DNA of 64,000 nucleotides from Macrostomum lignano (Eukaryota). A program made the translations under genes and the position numbers. Location: NCBI GenBank assembly GCA_002269645.1, contig NIVC01001535.1, forward strand, positions 62,001 through 126,000, read 5' to 3'. Positions within the stretch are counted from its first letter, which is position 1. Each line of letters begins with the position of its first letter. The notes beneath the pieces were generated by a model. The model was not told the DNA's origin. It did no database searches and saw only the letters and a program-made list of their open reading frames with translations. Of the stretch, positions 48,437 to 62,884 are shown in pieces.

Positions 48437-49112
48437 CAAATAGTCAATAGAGTCCAATTTCAAAGGATAACTATAGTGTGAATAGTCAAGTTTTATATAT
48501 CAGATCTACTTGCTCTGTTCAGTTACCGTGTCACGTGTTATCAATTTGCCTCAATAATTCATGCATTTTCTTAACTTCGAAACCAATTGATAGTTTTTCT
48601 TTAAACTAGCTGCTGCTTTAGGCAATTTAGATGCTGTTGTAGAAAGTAGTGCCCAAACGATCACTATCCCAGCTAGCACCCTTTGTATATGTCAGTTGGC
48701 TCCATTTAAAAAGACGTCTTGTCGTCGTTTAAGCGAATGCGTTGTTCGATTTTATTCTAAAATCGAAGATTTTGAAGATCGTGTCGTGGCTAAGCATTGG
48801 CTCAATGCTAAGGGGGATTAAACATTCGAAAGAAAGCATTCTTTTTTACAAAGGTCCAGCAGACTTGAATTTCATTGCAAGATCTCTAGAGAAAATTTCA
48901 TGCTAAAAATAGAAACTAACGTCACTAGTTCGACCAGTTTTGTTTCTAAAAATAGAACTGACGTTATAGTTTAATAACTTTAAAACTAAATATAGAATCT
49001 GACTTTAAGATAAGTTCAGTAGTTTTTTGTTGCTAAAAATAGTAACTACGTCACTAGTTGAGTCATTTTTTTGTATCTGAAAAATTGCAACTGACGTCCA
49101 ATGCCAGCTTGA

Positions 49113-50902
<1,790 letters not shown>

Positions 50903-51516
50903 CAATGTAAAAGTCCAGCATATAGAAGTTCATGGAGTTGTGTATCCGTATGGACTGCAGTTCTTAATGGTTATAGCGAATTTCTACATTTCACCATATT
51001 AAGCCAACAGTAAAGCGAAGAATATGCACGGTTCGGTTTGTTTATTAAATCCACCTCGTAAAACCCAACGAGAGTGTACACTGCGAATAATTGCACACAC
51101 TATAGTTTCCAAGGTCAAATATTAAATTTAATTCTCCACATTGGCTCCGATGCTCTGCGGACAAAACAGTCCGTGTGTTTACGAGCGTACGGAAAATCTT
51201 CTGCTTAAGATAATAGATAGATAGCGATCAGTTACCACTTTCTTAATCCACGAGTCGGACTGTGCACTCGATAGAAGCCAGCTAACTTCGCGCTGGACAG
51301 TAAGAAAAAAAGTCACACAGCTGCTGGCGAAAGTTTCACGAACACAAAATTCTTTCGTCATAGCTAGCTAAGCAGTTTTATCTTGTTTCAAATTTTCCTT
51401 CATGCTTAGCTTGTTAAAAAGCAGCAAATTCGCATTGTCCAACGCATTTCACTGATATCTCTGCGATTTGAATTTCACTTTTGGTGTTTGAAATCTTGAA
51501 AGAGTGTTCGTGCAAC

Positions 51517-54500
51517 ATGGCAGCAAGGGTGAGTGCAGTGGGAATTCTATAGTAATTTATTGACTTGAGCAGGCACACATTTTGTACCTTTCTTTCATAT
51601 CCTTCCCCCTCTATCCTTCCCCCTCTATCATTCTCTCTCTATCCTTCTCTCTCTATCCTTCTCTCTCTATCCTTCTCTCTCTATCCTTCTCTCTCTATCC
51701 TTCTCTCTCTATCCTTCCCCCTCTATCCTTCTCTCTCTATCCTTCTCTCTCTATCCTTCTCTCTCTATCCTTCTCTCTCTATCCTTCTCTCTCTATCCTT
51801 CCCCCTCTATCCTTCTCTCTCTATCCTTCTCTCTCTATCCTTCTCTCTCTATCCTTCTCTCTCTATCCTTCTCTCTCTATCCTTCTCTCTCTATCCTTCT
51901 CTCTCTATCCTTCCCTCTGTATCCTTCTCTCTCTATCCTTCCCTCTGTATCCTTCTCTCTATCCTTCCCTCTCTATCCTTCTCTCTCTATATCCTTCTCT
52001 CTCTATCCTTCATTCTCTTTCCTACCCTCTGTATCCTTCTCTCTCTATCCTTCCCTCTCTATCCTTCATTCTCTTTCCTACCCTCTGTATCCTTCTCTCT
52101 CTATCCTTCCCTCTCTCTCTATCCTTCCCTCTCTATCCTTCTCTCTCTATCCTTCCCTCTCTCTCTATCCTTCCCTCTCTATCCTTCTCTCTCTCTATCC
52201 TTCTCTCTCTATATCCTTCTCTCTCTATATCCTTCTCTCTCTATCCTTCCCCCCTATCCTTCTTTCTCTATCCTTCCCTCTCTATCCTTCATTCTCTTTC
52301 CTACCCTCTGTATCCTTCTCTCTCTATCCTTCCCTCTCTATCCTTCATTCTCTTTCCTACCCTCTGTATCCTTCTCTCTCTATCCTTCCCTCTCTCTCTA
52401 TCCTTCCCTCTCTATCCTTCTCTCTCTATCCTTCCCTCTCTCTCTATCCTTCCCTCTCTATCCTTCTCTCTCTATCCTTCCCTCTCTCTCTATCCTTCTC
52501 TCTCTATCCTTCCCTCTCTATCCTTCTCTCTCTCTATCCTTCTCTCTCTATATCCTTCTCTCTCTATATCCTTCTCTCTCTATCCTTCCCTCTCTCTCTA
52601 TCCTTCCCTCTCTATCCTTCTCTCTCTATCCTTCCCTCTCTCTCTATCCTTCTCTCTCTATCCTTCTCTCTCTATCCCTCTCTCTCTATCCTTCTCTCTC
52701 TCTATCCTTCTCTCTCTCTATCCTTCTCTCTCTATATCCTTCTCTCTCTCTCTATCCTTCTCTCTCTCTATCCTTCTCTCTCTATATCCTTCTCTCTCTC
52801 TCTATCCTTCCCTCTCTATCCTTCTCTCTCTCTATCCTTCTCTCTCTATCCTTCCCTCTCTCTCTATCCTTCCCTCTCTATCCTTCTCTCTCTATCCTTC
52901 CCTCTCTCTCTATCCTTCCCTCTCTATCCTTCATTCTCTTTCCTACCCTCTGTATCCTTCTCTCTGTATCCTTCTCTCTATCCTTCCCTCTGTATCCTTC
53001 CCTCTCTATCCTTCCCTCTGTATCCTTCTCTCTGTATCCTTCTCTCTGTATCCTTCCCTCTCTATCATTCTCTCTCTATCCTTCTCTCTCTATCCTTCCC
53101 TCTCTATCCCTCTCTCTCTTTCCTACCCTCTGTATCCTTCTCTCTCTATCCTTCCCTCTCTATTCTTCCCTCTCTATCCTTCGATCTCTTTGCTTTTCCT
53201 TCTCTATCCTTTCTAACTGACGACAGTCTCTCATACTTTAACAATTCATACATTATGCCTACAACAAAAGAACGAATACAATTGAAGGATTGGTTGGCCT
53301 AAAAACAGCTAGCTATGCATTCAATTTTCAGTGCGACACCGATCCAATATTGGCAAACGAACAGCGGCTGAAGAATCAAAAGGTAAGTTTATCGTCAAAT
53401 GGGTATCAGTTAAGTCGCTTTTATTGCCGCTGAATGTTTAAGACAATCATTCAGTGGTGTAAACTCGCACTAGGACTACTTTTTATTGCACATTGCAGCA
53501 ACTGGTCCAACAGCTTCATGTGCAGCTGAAGTCCTACAACGAAGCATTTAGACGTGAGTCAATGAAATAAAATCAGCTGGGAGAAATCAGCGATAAGAGA
53601 GGAGAGATGAGATCGGAGAGAGATGAGATCGGAGAGATGAGGTCGGGGAGATGAGATCGGAGAGAGATGAGATCAGAGAGAGATGAGGTCGGGGAGAGAT
53701 GAGATCAGAGAGAGATGAGATCGGAGAGAGATGAGATCAGAAAGAGATGAGGTCGGGGAGAGATGAGATCGAAGAGAGATGAGATCAGAAAGAGATGAGG
53801 CCGGGGAGAGATGAGATCGAAGAGAGATGAGATCAGAAAGAGATGAGGTCGGGGAGAGATTTCGAAGACAGATGAGATCGGAGAAATGAGGTCGGGGAGA
53901 TGAGATCGGAGAGAGATGAGATCAGAAAGAGATGAGGCCGGGGAGAGATGAGATCGGAGAGAGATGAGATCAGAAAGAGATGAGGCCGGGGAGAGATGAG
54001 ATCGGAGAGAGATGAGATCGGAGAGATGAGGTCGGGGAGATGAGATCGGAGAGAGATGAGATCAGAAAGAGATGAGGCCGGGGAGAGATGAGATCGAAGA
54101 GAGGAGGTCCGGGAGATGAGATCGGAGAGAGATAAGATCGAATAGAAGTGAGATAGGAGAGATGAAATCTGCAGACGAGATCAGAAACAGGTCCCACGCT
54201 CGAACATTTAACCCTCCCGCGAGAAGGCTTCATCACGGCTGAGAAGTCCTTCTTCGACGCGCTGGACAACATGTGCGAGGCCAACTGGGAACTCAAAGCA
54301 GACTTCACCGCTTCTCTTAAGGTAAATTTTATATGACTTTTTTGACAAATCAAAGCAAAAAGTTCTCCTACTTACAGTAGTTACATGTATAATAACATTT
54401 AATAATTTGATTCCAGGCAATGCAAAATATTGCCGAAAGTGGAGCGAGAAATTTGGAAACGATTCCTGTTGAGGAAACTATCGTGTTTCGCGACCAGTTC

Positions 54501-57500
54501 GGTCCATACGAGGTAAATAGTGTAAAGCAGTGCAATTCTGGTTCTCGCTGCAAAATGCACCAATAGAGATGGGTAGTTTTCAGATATTTTGCAAAAATTT
54601 CATAAAATCTCATCCTCTAGATTCCATAGAGCACCTGTGTCACCTTGTCAGCCTCTCTCACCTTCTGCCACCCCCTGTAACCCTTTGTCACCCTATGTAA
54701 CCCTCTGTAACCCTTTGTCACCCTGTGTAACCTTTTGTCACCCTATGTAACCCTCTCAAACCCTTTGTCACCCTATGTAAGCCGCTGTAACCCTTTGTAA
54801 CACTCGGCAACCTTCTTTTACCCTTTGCCACCCTTTATCACCATCCGTCACCCTCTGTCACCCTCCGTCACCCTCTGTCACCATCCGTCACCCTCTGTCA
54901 CCATCCGTCACCCCTGTCACCATCCGTCACCCTCTGTCACTATCCATCACCCTCTGTCATCATCCGTCACCCTCTCTGTCACCATCCGTCACCATCCGTC
55001 ACCCTCTGTCACCCATGGACAGCTAAATTTATCATTCAGCGCTATGCGTTCTCTAGGAGACCCGAATGCAAACATCGATTTAGTCTATGGCAACACTCAA
55101 TTAAACGCAAAGTAAAACAGATGAGATTTCTAGGTGAAAAATGCCTATCTCACTGGTGCATTCTCTGCAACTCAAACCGACCTTTAATTCTCTTTAATCA
55201 TCGAATAAAAATGTAACTCTAAGCAATTGAAGCGGACTCAAACTAAGTTACTCAACCAACAAATACAGAAGGAGATTCAGGACTATAAAGACAAGCAGAA
55301 GGTGGCCGACGCGGCCGAAAGAAAACACTTGGCCTACGGTAAAAAGAAGAACGCTGATTCCGACGAGTTAAGAAAGGTTTGCCAAATTTTACTATAAGTA
55401 GCTTATCAGTAGTGCGATTGAGCATGAGCTTTAAATTTAAAAAAAATTATAAAAATTTCTTAGCTAGAATTAGCAGCCTACGAGAAGAAGACTTCGCTGG
55501 GAATTTCTCGAAGGAAACTCGCAGATGAGTTGCCAACGTTCTACAAGTCGTAAGACTTTGCCATGACAACTAACTTTTAAGGCAATAAATTCACGAGACG
55601 AAGTTGATTCTATATGCTAGTTATTCGATTTCAGGAGGATGGATTATTACTCAACTTTCTGGCGATCCGTGTTTCAAATTCGAGCAGATATTGCCAGGGC
55701 TGAGTGCGAGGTGAGGTTGGAGTGTGAGGAATGTGGGTTTACAGTGTGGGGAGTGTGGGTTGGAGTGTGGGAGTGTGGGTTGGAGTGTGGGGTTGGAGTC
55801 TGGGGAGTGTGGGTTGGAAGTGTGGGGTGCATGGGATCAGAGTGTGGGGAGTGTGGGGTTGGAGTGCGGGAGTGTGGGGTTGGAGTGCGGGAGTGTGGGG
55901 TTGGAGTGCGGGAGTGTGGGGTTGGAGTGCGGGGAGTATGGGTTGGAATGTGGAAAGTGTGGGGTTGGAGTGTGTGGAGTCTGGGGTTGGAATGTGGAAA
56001 GTGTGGGGTTGGAGTGTGAGGAGTGTGGGGTTGGAGTGTGAGGAGTGTGGGGTTGGAGTGTGAGGAGTGTGGGGTTAGAATGTGGAAAGTGTGGGGTTGG
56101 AGTGTGTGGAGTCTGGGGTTGGAATGTGGAAAGTGTGGGGTTGGAATGTGGAAAGTGTGGGGTTGGAGTGTGTGGAGTCTGGGGTTGGAATGAGGAAAGT
56201 GTGGGGTTGGAATGTGGAAAGTGTGGGGTTGGAGTGTGTGGAGTCTGGGGTTGGAATGTGGAAAGTGTGGGGTTGGAGTGTGAGGAGTGTGGGTTTCTGG
56301 TGTTTGTGCTGGTTTTAACATGGAGGTACAGGCATTTAACTTATAGATCTAAGCAGTGCAAACGACACCCCACACAATCCAGACTCTGGACCAGTTGATA
56401 GACTCGGTGCGCCATTTCGATGTCACCAGGAGTCAAGTGTAAGCTAAGTGTTCAACTGCATCTGATTTAGGAGAACGGTCATTCAGAAAGTACATAATCA
56501 GCACTTTAAAAACTCCTTAAGTGACACGGCTTCGCTCTTGACTGGTCAGCACGTGACCCAGGGACGGATGGCTGCCAGCAGCAGCTCGGTAAGCTTGTGC
56601 ATCTCCTGTCTTTCCTGTTCTTCCTTCCCTCACTTTGCCTACCTCCCCACTCCCTCCCAGCCTCCATGGCCGCTCCTACTCTGCATCTGTTTCCCTCTCT
56701 CACCCTCTCACTCTTTCCCTCTCTTACCCTCTAACCCTCTCTCAATACCTCAATCTCTCTCACCCTCTTACTCTCTCTCATCTCTCAACCTCTCTCACCC
56801 TGTCATCCTCTTTCTCCCTCTCACCCTCTTTCCTCAATCTCTCTCACTCTCTAACCCTCTTTCACTCTCTCACCCTCTCTCACTCTCTCACCCTCTCTCA
56901 CTCTCTCACCCTCTCTCCTCAATCTCTCTCACCCTCTAACCCTCTTTCACCCTCACTCACTCTCTCACCCTCTCTCACTCTCTCACCCTCTCTCACCCTC
57001 TCTCACTCACTCACCCTCTCTCACCCTCTAACCCTCTCTCAATACCTCAATCTCTCTCACCTCTCAACCTCTCTCACCCTGTCATCCTCTTTCTCCCTCT
57101 CACCCTCTCTCCTCAATCTCTCTCTCTCTCTAACCCTCTTTCACCCTCTCTCACTCTCTCATCCTCTCCACCTTCTCTCACTCTCTCATCTCTCACCCTC
57201 TCCCACCTTCTCACCTACTCTCACTCTCTCTCACCCTCTAACCCTCTCTCAATACCTCAATCTCTCTCGCCCTCTTACTCTCTCTCATATCTCAACATCT
57301 CTCACCCTGTCATCCTCTTTCTCCCTCTCACCCTCTCTCCTCAATCTCTCTCACCCTCTCACTCTCTCAAGCTCTCTCACGCTCTAACCCTCTTTCACCC
57401 TCAGTCACTCTCTCACCCTCTCTCAATCTCTCTCACTCTCTCACCCTCTCTCACTCTCAGCCTCTCTCACTCTCTCACCATCTCACCCTCTCTCATCCTC

Positions 57501-57939
57501 TCCAACTTCTCACTCTCTCTCATCTCTCACTCTCTCACCCTCTTACCCTCTCTCTCAGCTAGAATTTCACTCACCCATTAGCTCCCTCTCGCCTATCCCT
57601 GTCAGGAGGGTCAACCTCTTAGATGTAATTTAGCTGCACCTACTGACCACTTTCACCAGCAGTTCTGACAGCTAGACCTCTCCTCGCGCCTAATTGTAAC
57701 TCCCGCAGTCAGCGGTGACCTCCGAATTGGTCCCCACGGAGCTCAGAGACGACTGCCAGGCCGGTCTGGCCGCTAACGGTGGTCGAATTCACCGAGTTCC
57801 AACATTCGGCGGCGACGACTTGGCTGGCGCCGACCGGAGCTCGAATTCTTCAAGGCAGCCGGTGCATGGAGCGGCGAAACGAGATCGATATCCGTCTAAC
57901 TCGGATGAAGAGGACAAATACGCTGATTACGAGCAGTGA
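51517..57939 (+). CDS. Amphiphysin/BIN-family BAR-domain protein, about 310 aa, no SH3
   Basis: join(51517-51528,53332-53382,53499-53553,54227-54321,54417-54512,55269-55376,55464-55549,55635-55710,56383-56438,56522-56588,57709-57939) = 933 nt with all phases compatible. LADELPTFYKSRMDYYSTFW matches amphiphysin L.EELP.LW.SR..FY..TF. First exon less certain. Confidence 0.8.
51589..53215. repeat. CT-rich complex simple repeat (ctctctatcctt variants), BAR gene intron 1
   Basis: Directly visible. Confidence 0.95.
53590..54165. repeat. GA-rich tandem repeat (gagatgagatcggaga variants), intronic
   Basis: Directly visible. Confidence 0.9.
54645..55012. repeat. Degenerate (tgtcaccctc/gtcaccatcc) tandem repeat, intronic
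   Basis: Directly visible. Confidence 0.85.
55712..56292. repeat. G/T-rich tandem repeat (gtggggttggagt variants), intronic
   Basis: Directly visible; starts right after the donor at 55711. Confidence 0.9.
56690..57560. repeat. CT-rich (ctctctcaccct) complex repeat, intronic
   Basis: Directly visible. Confidence 0.9.
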
Positions 57940-58391
57940 AAGCAGAGATTTGGATCAAGAGGAAACTTTGAACTAAAAAACACTTTTTTGGATAACAGTA
58001 GTGCACTAAAGATATGAACATACTTTTTAACTTTAAATTCAAATTTTATATTCTAGCTGCTTTCTTCAAAGCCATTTTTCGGCTTCTGCAAAATAATAAA
58101 AGACGAGGCAGGTCGGGGCTCAGGGCTCGTTTCCACTTAAAAATAATCGTAACATTAAATAAGTCAATGAAAGTACCAAAATGGTCGCTACTCTCGTAAT
58201 ACCGCTTTTTTACCGCTGTAAATTGGAGAGTTATAACTATTTTTCGATACATATCGGCTTCATAAAAAGTGCATAAATACCGGTAAATTAAACAGGAGTG
58301 TGAATAAATTAATTTATAAGAAAAAAGATGGTTGAAATCTTGTCAATACGTTGATACTTATGATACTTCAGAGATTAATCGAAAAAAAGTA

Positions 58392-58464
58392 TGATCTCGC
58401 CCAGGCACGAACTGGGGACCTTCTGTGTGTCAGACAGATGTGATAACCACTACACCACGAGATC
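58392..58464 (-). tRNA. tRNA-Val with GAC anticodon (variant or pseudogene of tRNA-Val-AAC)
   Basis: GATCTCGTGGTGTAGTGGTTATCACATCTGTCTGACACACAGAAGGTCCCCAGTTCGTGCCTGGGCGAGATCA: perfect 7-bp acceptor, 5-bp anticodon and 5-bp T stems; T7 Pol III terminator 3 nt downstream; T-loop TTCGTGC lacks A58. Confidence 0.85.
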
Positions 58465-58639
58465 TTACAGGCAAGGGGGTTATAAACAGGTATAAATTTG
58501 TTGCAAAAGTTTTTTTCGTGTAGGATTAACAAAATTTTCTTAGCTAGTATCTCTACCTATCTTCTCTCTTAACCGACGCGATGTTTGTCTGTCTGTATGT
58601 AGTAAGTGAACTCCTACAATTCTGGCAAGTCAGCGTCGA

Positions 58640-59325
58640 AACTTATATGGGAAAACTGCAAATTTTACTCTGCGTGCAGGTGTTGTCTACCAATTTAACT
58701 GCTCTGTGGACCAGACCGTCTCCTACGTGGGGAAAACCAAAAGACACCTACACACGAGGATCAGGGAACACTGGCTCAAACCATCTGCTATACAAACTCA
58801 CCTCCTTGAATGCACTAACTGCAATGACTGCAAACCAGAAGAACACTTTAAAATCATTGACCAAAGCCATACTGACGCCAAACTTAGAATTCTCGAGGCC
58901 CTGCACATAAAAGCTCAGACCCCGAATCTCAACACCCAATTACAACAACCAAGTGGTGCAGGTCACGTTCTCCGCGTTTTCTGAACAGTGAGTGACACAG
59001 TCGTGCACGCTGTGTACACTTAGCTTGACGTTCAATTACCTAAGCTAGCTACCGCCCCTGATTCTGCCTTTTGACCACTGGACAAGAATTGTGTACATTT
59101 GGTTTAACTTTCATTCTCAATCTATAATTCTCTCTCCTACCTACTATACCTATGTATGTTGTTAAAGCCAAGTTGTAATCAATTGTTTTCAATCTTACCC
59201 TCCTTACCTGTGTACGTTGCAAAAACCAATATTTAATCAATCGCTTTCAATCTCAATTTCTCAAATCTCGTTCTAATAAAATCCTGACGATGCACCATGG
59301 CGTGCGAAACGCGTTGAAGTTGTTG
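58640..59325 (+). mobile_element. Penelope-like element 3' end: GIY-YIG endonuclease plus pLTR/3' UTR
   Basis: Frame ending at 58984 reads RAGVVYQFNCSVDQTVSYVGKTKRHLHTRIREH...KLRILEALHIKAQTPNLNTQ, typical of PLE GIY-YIG domains; RT absent (5'-truncated). Confidence 0.85.
59277..59322 (+). ncRNA. Minimal type I hammerhead ribozyme (PLE-associated)
   Basis: CTGACGA (59284-59290), stem II GCAC/GTGC, GAAA, palindromic stem III ACGCGT, predicted GUU cleavage after 59315; stem I weak. Confidence 0.6.
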
Positions 59326-60085
59326 GAAAGAGAAGAGTACACAGTAGAGAGGAGAGTAAAGATGACAGATGAGAGATGGGAGATGAGAGAGCAGAAACGA
59401 GAGTGAACAGACAAGAGATGGGAGAGTAGAGAGAAGAGGAGAGATGAGAAATAAGAGATGAGAGGTGCAGACAAGGGAGAGATGAGAAGTGAGTGAGGAG
59501 AGAGGAGGGGAAGGGGGAGAATCGAGAGGACAGGGGAAATTGGTGAAAAGGACGAGAGAGGAGAGGAAAGAGGGGAGAGATTAGAGAGAAGAGAGAGAGG
59601 GGGGAGATAGCAGAGAGATGAGAGGAGAGAGAGGGGGGAGAGGAGAGAGAAGATAAAAGAAGAGAAATGAGAGATAAGATAGCAAAGACGAGAGAGAAGG
59701 GAGGTGAGGGAAGAGACGATAGAATACATGAGAGGAGAGAGTTGAGAGAAGAGAGGAAAAAGAAGAGAGTAGAGATAAGGAAAGTGTTAAGAGAGGGTAT
59801 AGTAAGGAGTGAGAAGATAGGTGAGGGAAGAGAGAGCAGAGAGCAGAGGGAAACGAGAAGAGATAAAAGAGGAGAAAGGAGATATGAGAGACCAGAGACC
59901 AGAGAGAAAAGAGGAGAGGAGAGAGAAAAGAATAGAGGGGAGAGGGAAGAGACGAGAGAGGAGAGAGGACAGAGGAGAGAAGAAATAAGAGATAAGAGGA
60001 GAGAGAGAGAAGAGACAAGAGAGAAGTTAGGAAACAGAAAAGAAGATGGAAGTTTCAAAGGATGCAAAGGACATAGGGAGAGGCA
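59325..60085. repeat. GA-rich low-complexity tract
   Basis: Directly visible. Confidence 0.9.
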
Positions 60086-60714
60086 GAGGTAGAGGCCAGA
60101 GTTTGCCTGACATTCTGCGCAGCACCCCAGCCAACAATAGCAATGTTTGCCTCAAATCCTAATTTTACATGAATGTACACTATTTTATGTTTAACTCTAT
60201 CCTAACTATTAACAAGTTTTTGTTTGGGTTTGACCTCAGATTTTAGAATACATGCAAAAAATTCCAGGGAATGGAGTTCCCCGGGTTCAAAATCCGCGGG
60301 TTTCAACAGCTTGTACAAGATAAACAAAAGTTCCAATTTAAATGCAACGGAAAAGTACAACAAAACGACAGCATGAATTATTCAAAATAAAAAACAATCA
60401 CAACAATAACGAAATCAACAACAACAACAATATAACAATAATAACAACAAATAGAAAACACATCAGCAACAAGCCAACAACAGAACAAAAAGTACAACAA
60501 CGATAACAACAAATAACAAATCACTAGTCGTGCTCAAAAGAAGCACTGTTCACTCACAAACCGTGCAAGATTCGCTGTAGGCCGCATTTTTCGCTCAAAA
60601 AACATTTGACTCGGGGGTCGGACAAACTCCGGCCCACAAAGCCTCTTGATCCGGCAATCGGGTTCTTTGAAATTTCACAATAGCAATCCGGCCCGCTCAA
60701 AGTTTGTGTCTCTT

Positions 60715-61381
60715 CTCAGCTCTCTTCTCTAATCTCCTCTCTACCCTCCCTCTCTCCCTTCTCTCCTCTTCTCCTCTCCTCTGATCTCCTCTCTCCCCTC
60801 CTCTCCCTTCTCTCCTCTCCTCTCTCTTTAATCTCCTCTCTTCCCTCCTCTCTCCCTTCTCTCCTCTCTTCTTTCCTCTCCACTTCCCTCCTCATATTAT
60901 CTTCTCTACTCTCCTTCTATCCTCTCCTCTTCTCCTCTCTCCCCTCCTCTCCCTTCTCTCCTCTCCTCTCCTTCTATCCTCTCCTCTTCTCCTCTCTCCC
61001 CTCCTCTCCCTTCTCTCCTCTCCTCTCCTTCTATCCTCTCCTCTCCTCCCTCTTCTCTAATCTCCTCTGTCCCTTCTCCAGCTTTCTCCTCTCTCTTCTC
61101 TAATCTCCTCTCTCCTTTCTCCAGCTCTCTCCCCTCCTCTCCTTCCTCTCCTCTTTCTTCTCTAATCTCCTCTCTCCCTTCTCCAGCTTTCTCCTCTCTC
61201 TTCTCTAATATCCTCTCTCCTTTCTCCAGCTCTCTCCTCTCCTCTCCTCTCTCCCTTCTCTTCTCTCCTCTCCCTTTTCTCCTCTCCCTTCTCTCCTCTC
61301 CCTTCTCTCCTCTCCCTCCTCTCCTCTCCTCTCCTCTCCATTCTCTCCTCTCCTTCGCTCCTCTCCTCTCTCTCCCTTCCC
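60715..61381. repeat. CT-rich low-complexity/tandem tract
   Basis: Directly visible. Confidence 0.9.
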
Positions 61382-61762
61382 CTGGCCTGCAGTCATGCAC
61401 TAGGTTCCCTATCTGGCCCTTCAGGAAAGAAATTTTTCGACCTTTAGCACAATAATGAAGAAGTTTTTCAGTTTTTTAGAACTTAGTCTAATTCTCAAAA
61501 TCTAGTTTAAGTACAATACATAAGTAATATAGGAGTCCACTCACAAGTTGGTTATTGAAAATTGTTAAAAATTGCTTTAAAAATTAAAATGCTAAAATTT
61601 CAATGGTTCTTATCTCTGCAGTGTACTGGTATCCTACGGACGGATTTTTCACGATAAAATTATTGGCCTGCGCCCATGTATGCTGCTACAATCGTATTTA
61701 TGCTACGGAGTTATACGGCTATTATATATATTGCTATTGTTTTACTAGGGACGGCTGGAATT

Positions 61763-61777
61763 GACAGGCAGTCAGGC

Positions 61778-61818
<41 letters not shown>

Positions 61819-61875
61819 GGCAGACAGACAGACAGACAGACAGACACACAGACAGACAGACAGACAGACAGACAT

Positions 61876-61923
<48 letters not shown>

Positions 61924-62013
61924 GCAGACAGACAGACAGACAGACAGACAGATAGATAGACAGACAGACAGACAGGCAGATAGACAGACAGACAGACAGA
62001 CAGGCAGTCAGGC

Positions 62014-62076
<63 letters not shown>

Positions 62077-62092
62077 GACACAGGCAGACAGG
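61763..62092. repeat. (CAGA)n microsatellite
   Basis: Directly visible. Confidence 0.95.
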
Positions 62093-62884
62093 CATACGAG
62101 CCTCACTGAATCAAAGACAAGAAAGATTTTGAATAATATATACCAGGGCGCTGATGTCGGTCGATCAAATGAACGTCCCCTCAGATTTTAAAACGAGTGT
62201 ATTGCAAGTTGGAACCAAATAAGTACATATAGTCCAACATTGTCACGGTCCGTTTCTCGGCCGACTTGTACAGTATTTACAAATAGGCTTAGCGGAGCTG
62301 TCTTTTTAAAGTGCAATAAATGTACTTTATCAAGGAGTCTCTCGTGATATGATTTTTTATGAAAATGAAAAGCGATAAAAATACAAGAGATGAATAGAAA
62401 TGTACACTTTGATAAAATTCGGCACATTTACCATACACAAAGCCGAAAGACATAAAGCTTTAGTAATAAAATATATCATTCGACTTGAGGCTTTAGCTAA
62501 GCATAACTATAAAAACATAGTTATAATGCAAGCAGGGGATAATTTTAGAAAAAGAAGTTTTTTTTAAAAAGGCATAATTAAACGGCCCATCTACTCCAGC
62601 GTTACAAAACAAAACGAATTGGCTACGTATTCAAACTCGCGCGAAAAATTAACAAAATTACGTGTTTATGTCCAGTTAAATTTAGTTAAAAACAAAATTT
62701 AATTTAATTTAATTTAAAAACCAATAAATAAATAACAAAATAAAAGTTCTATTTTTATCGTGAATATATACTAGTTATATTAATTTTTTAAGAAAATAAA
62801 TATATGATGAAAATTTGTTTAACTGTGTTGGCTTTTTTTAATGATTTTTCGGATTGTAAAATGCGATTTTTTAAATCAAAATAT

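Noticed and set aside
51565-53220. 551 and 544 aa Leu/Ser/Pro/Tyr-rich hydrophobic ORFs
   Set aside because: CT-rich simple repeat inside intron 1 of the BAR gene.
59253-62191. Leu/Ser-rich, Glu/Arg-rich and QTDR ORFs
   Set aside because: Translations of GA/CT low-complexity tracts and (CAGA)n.
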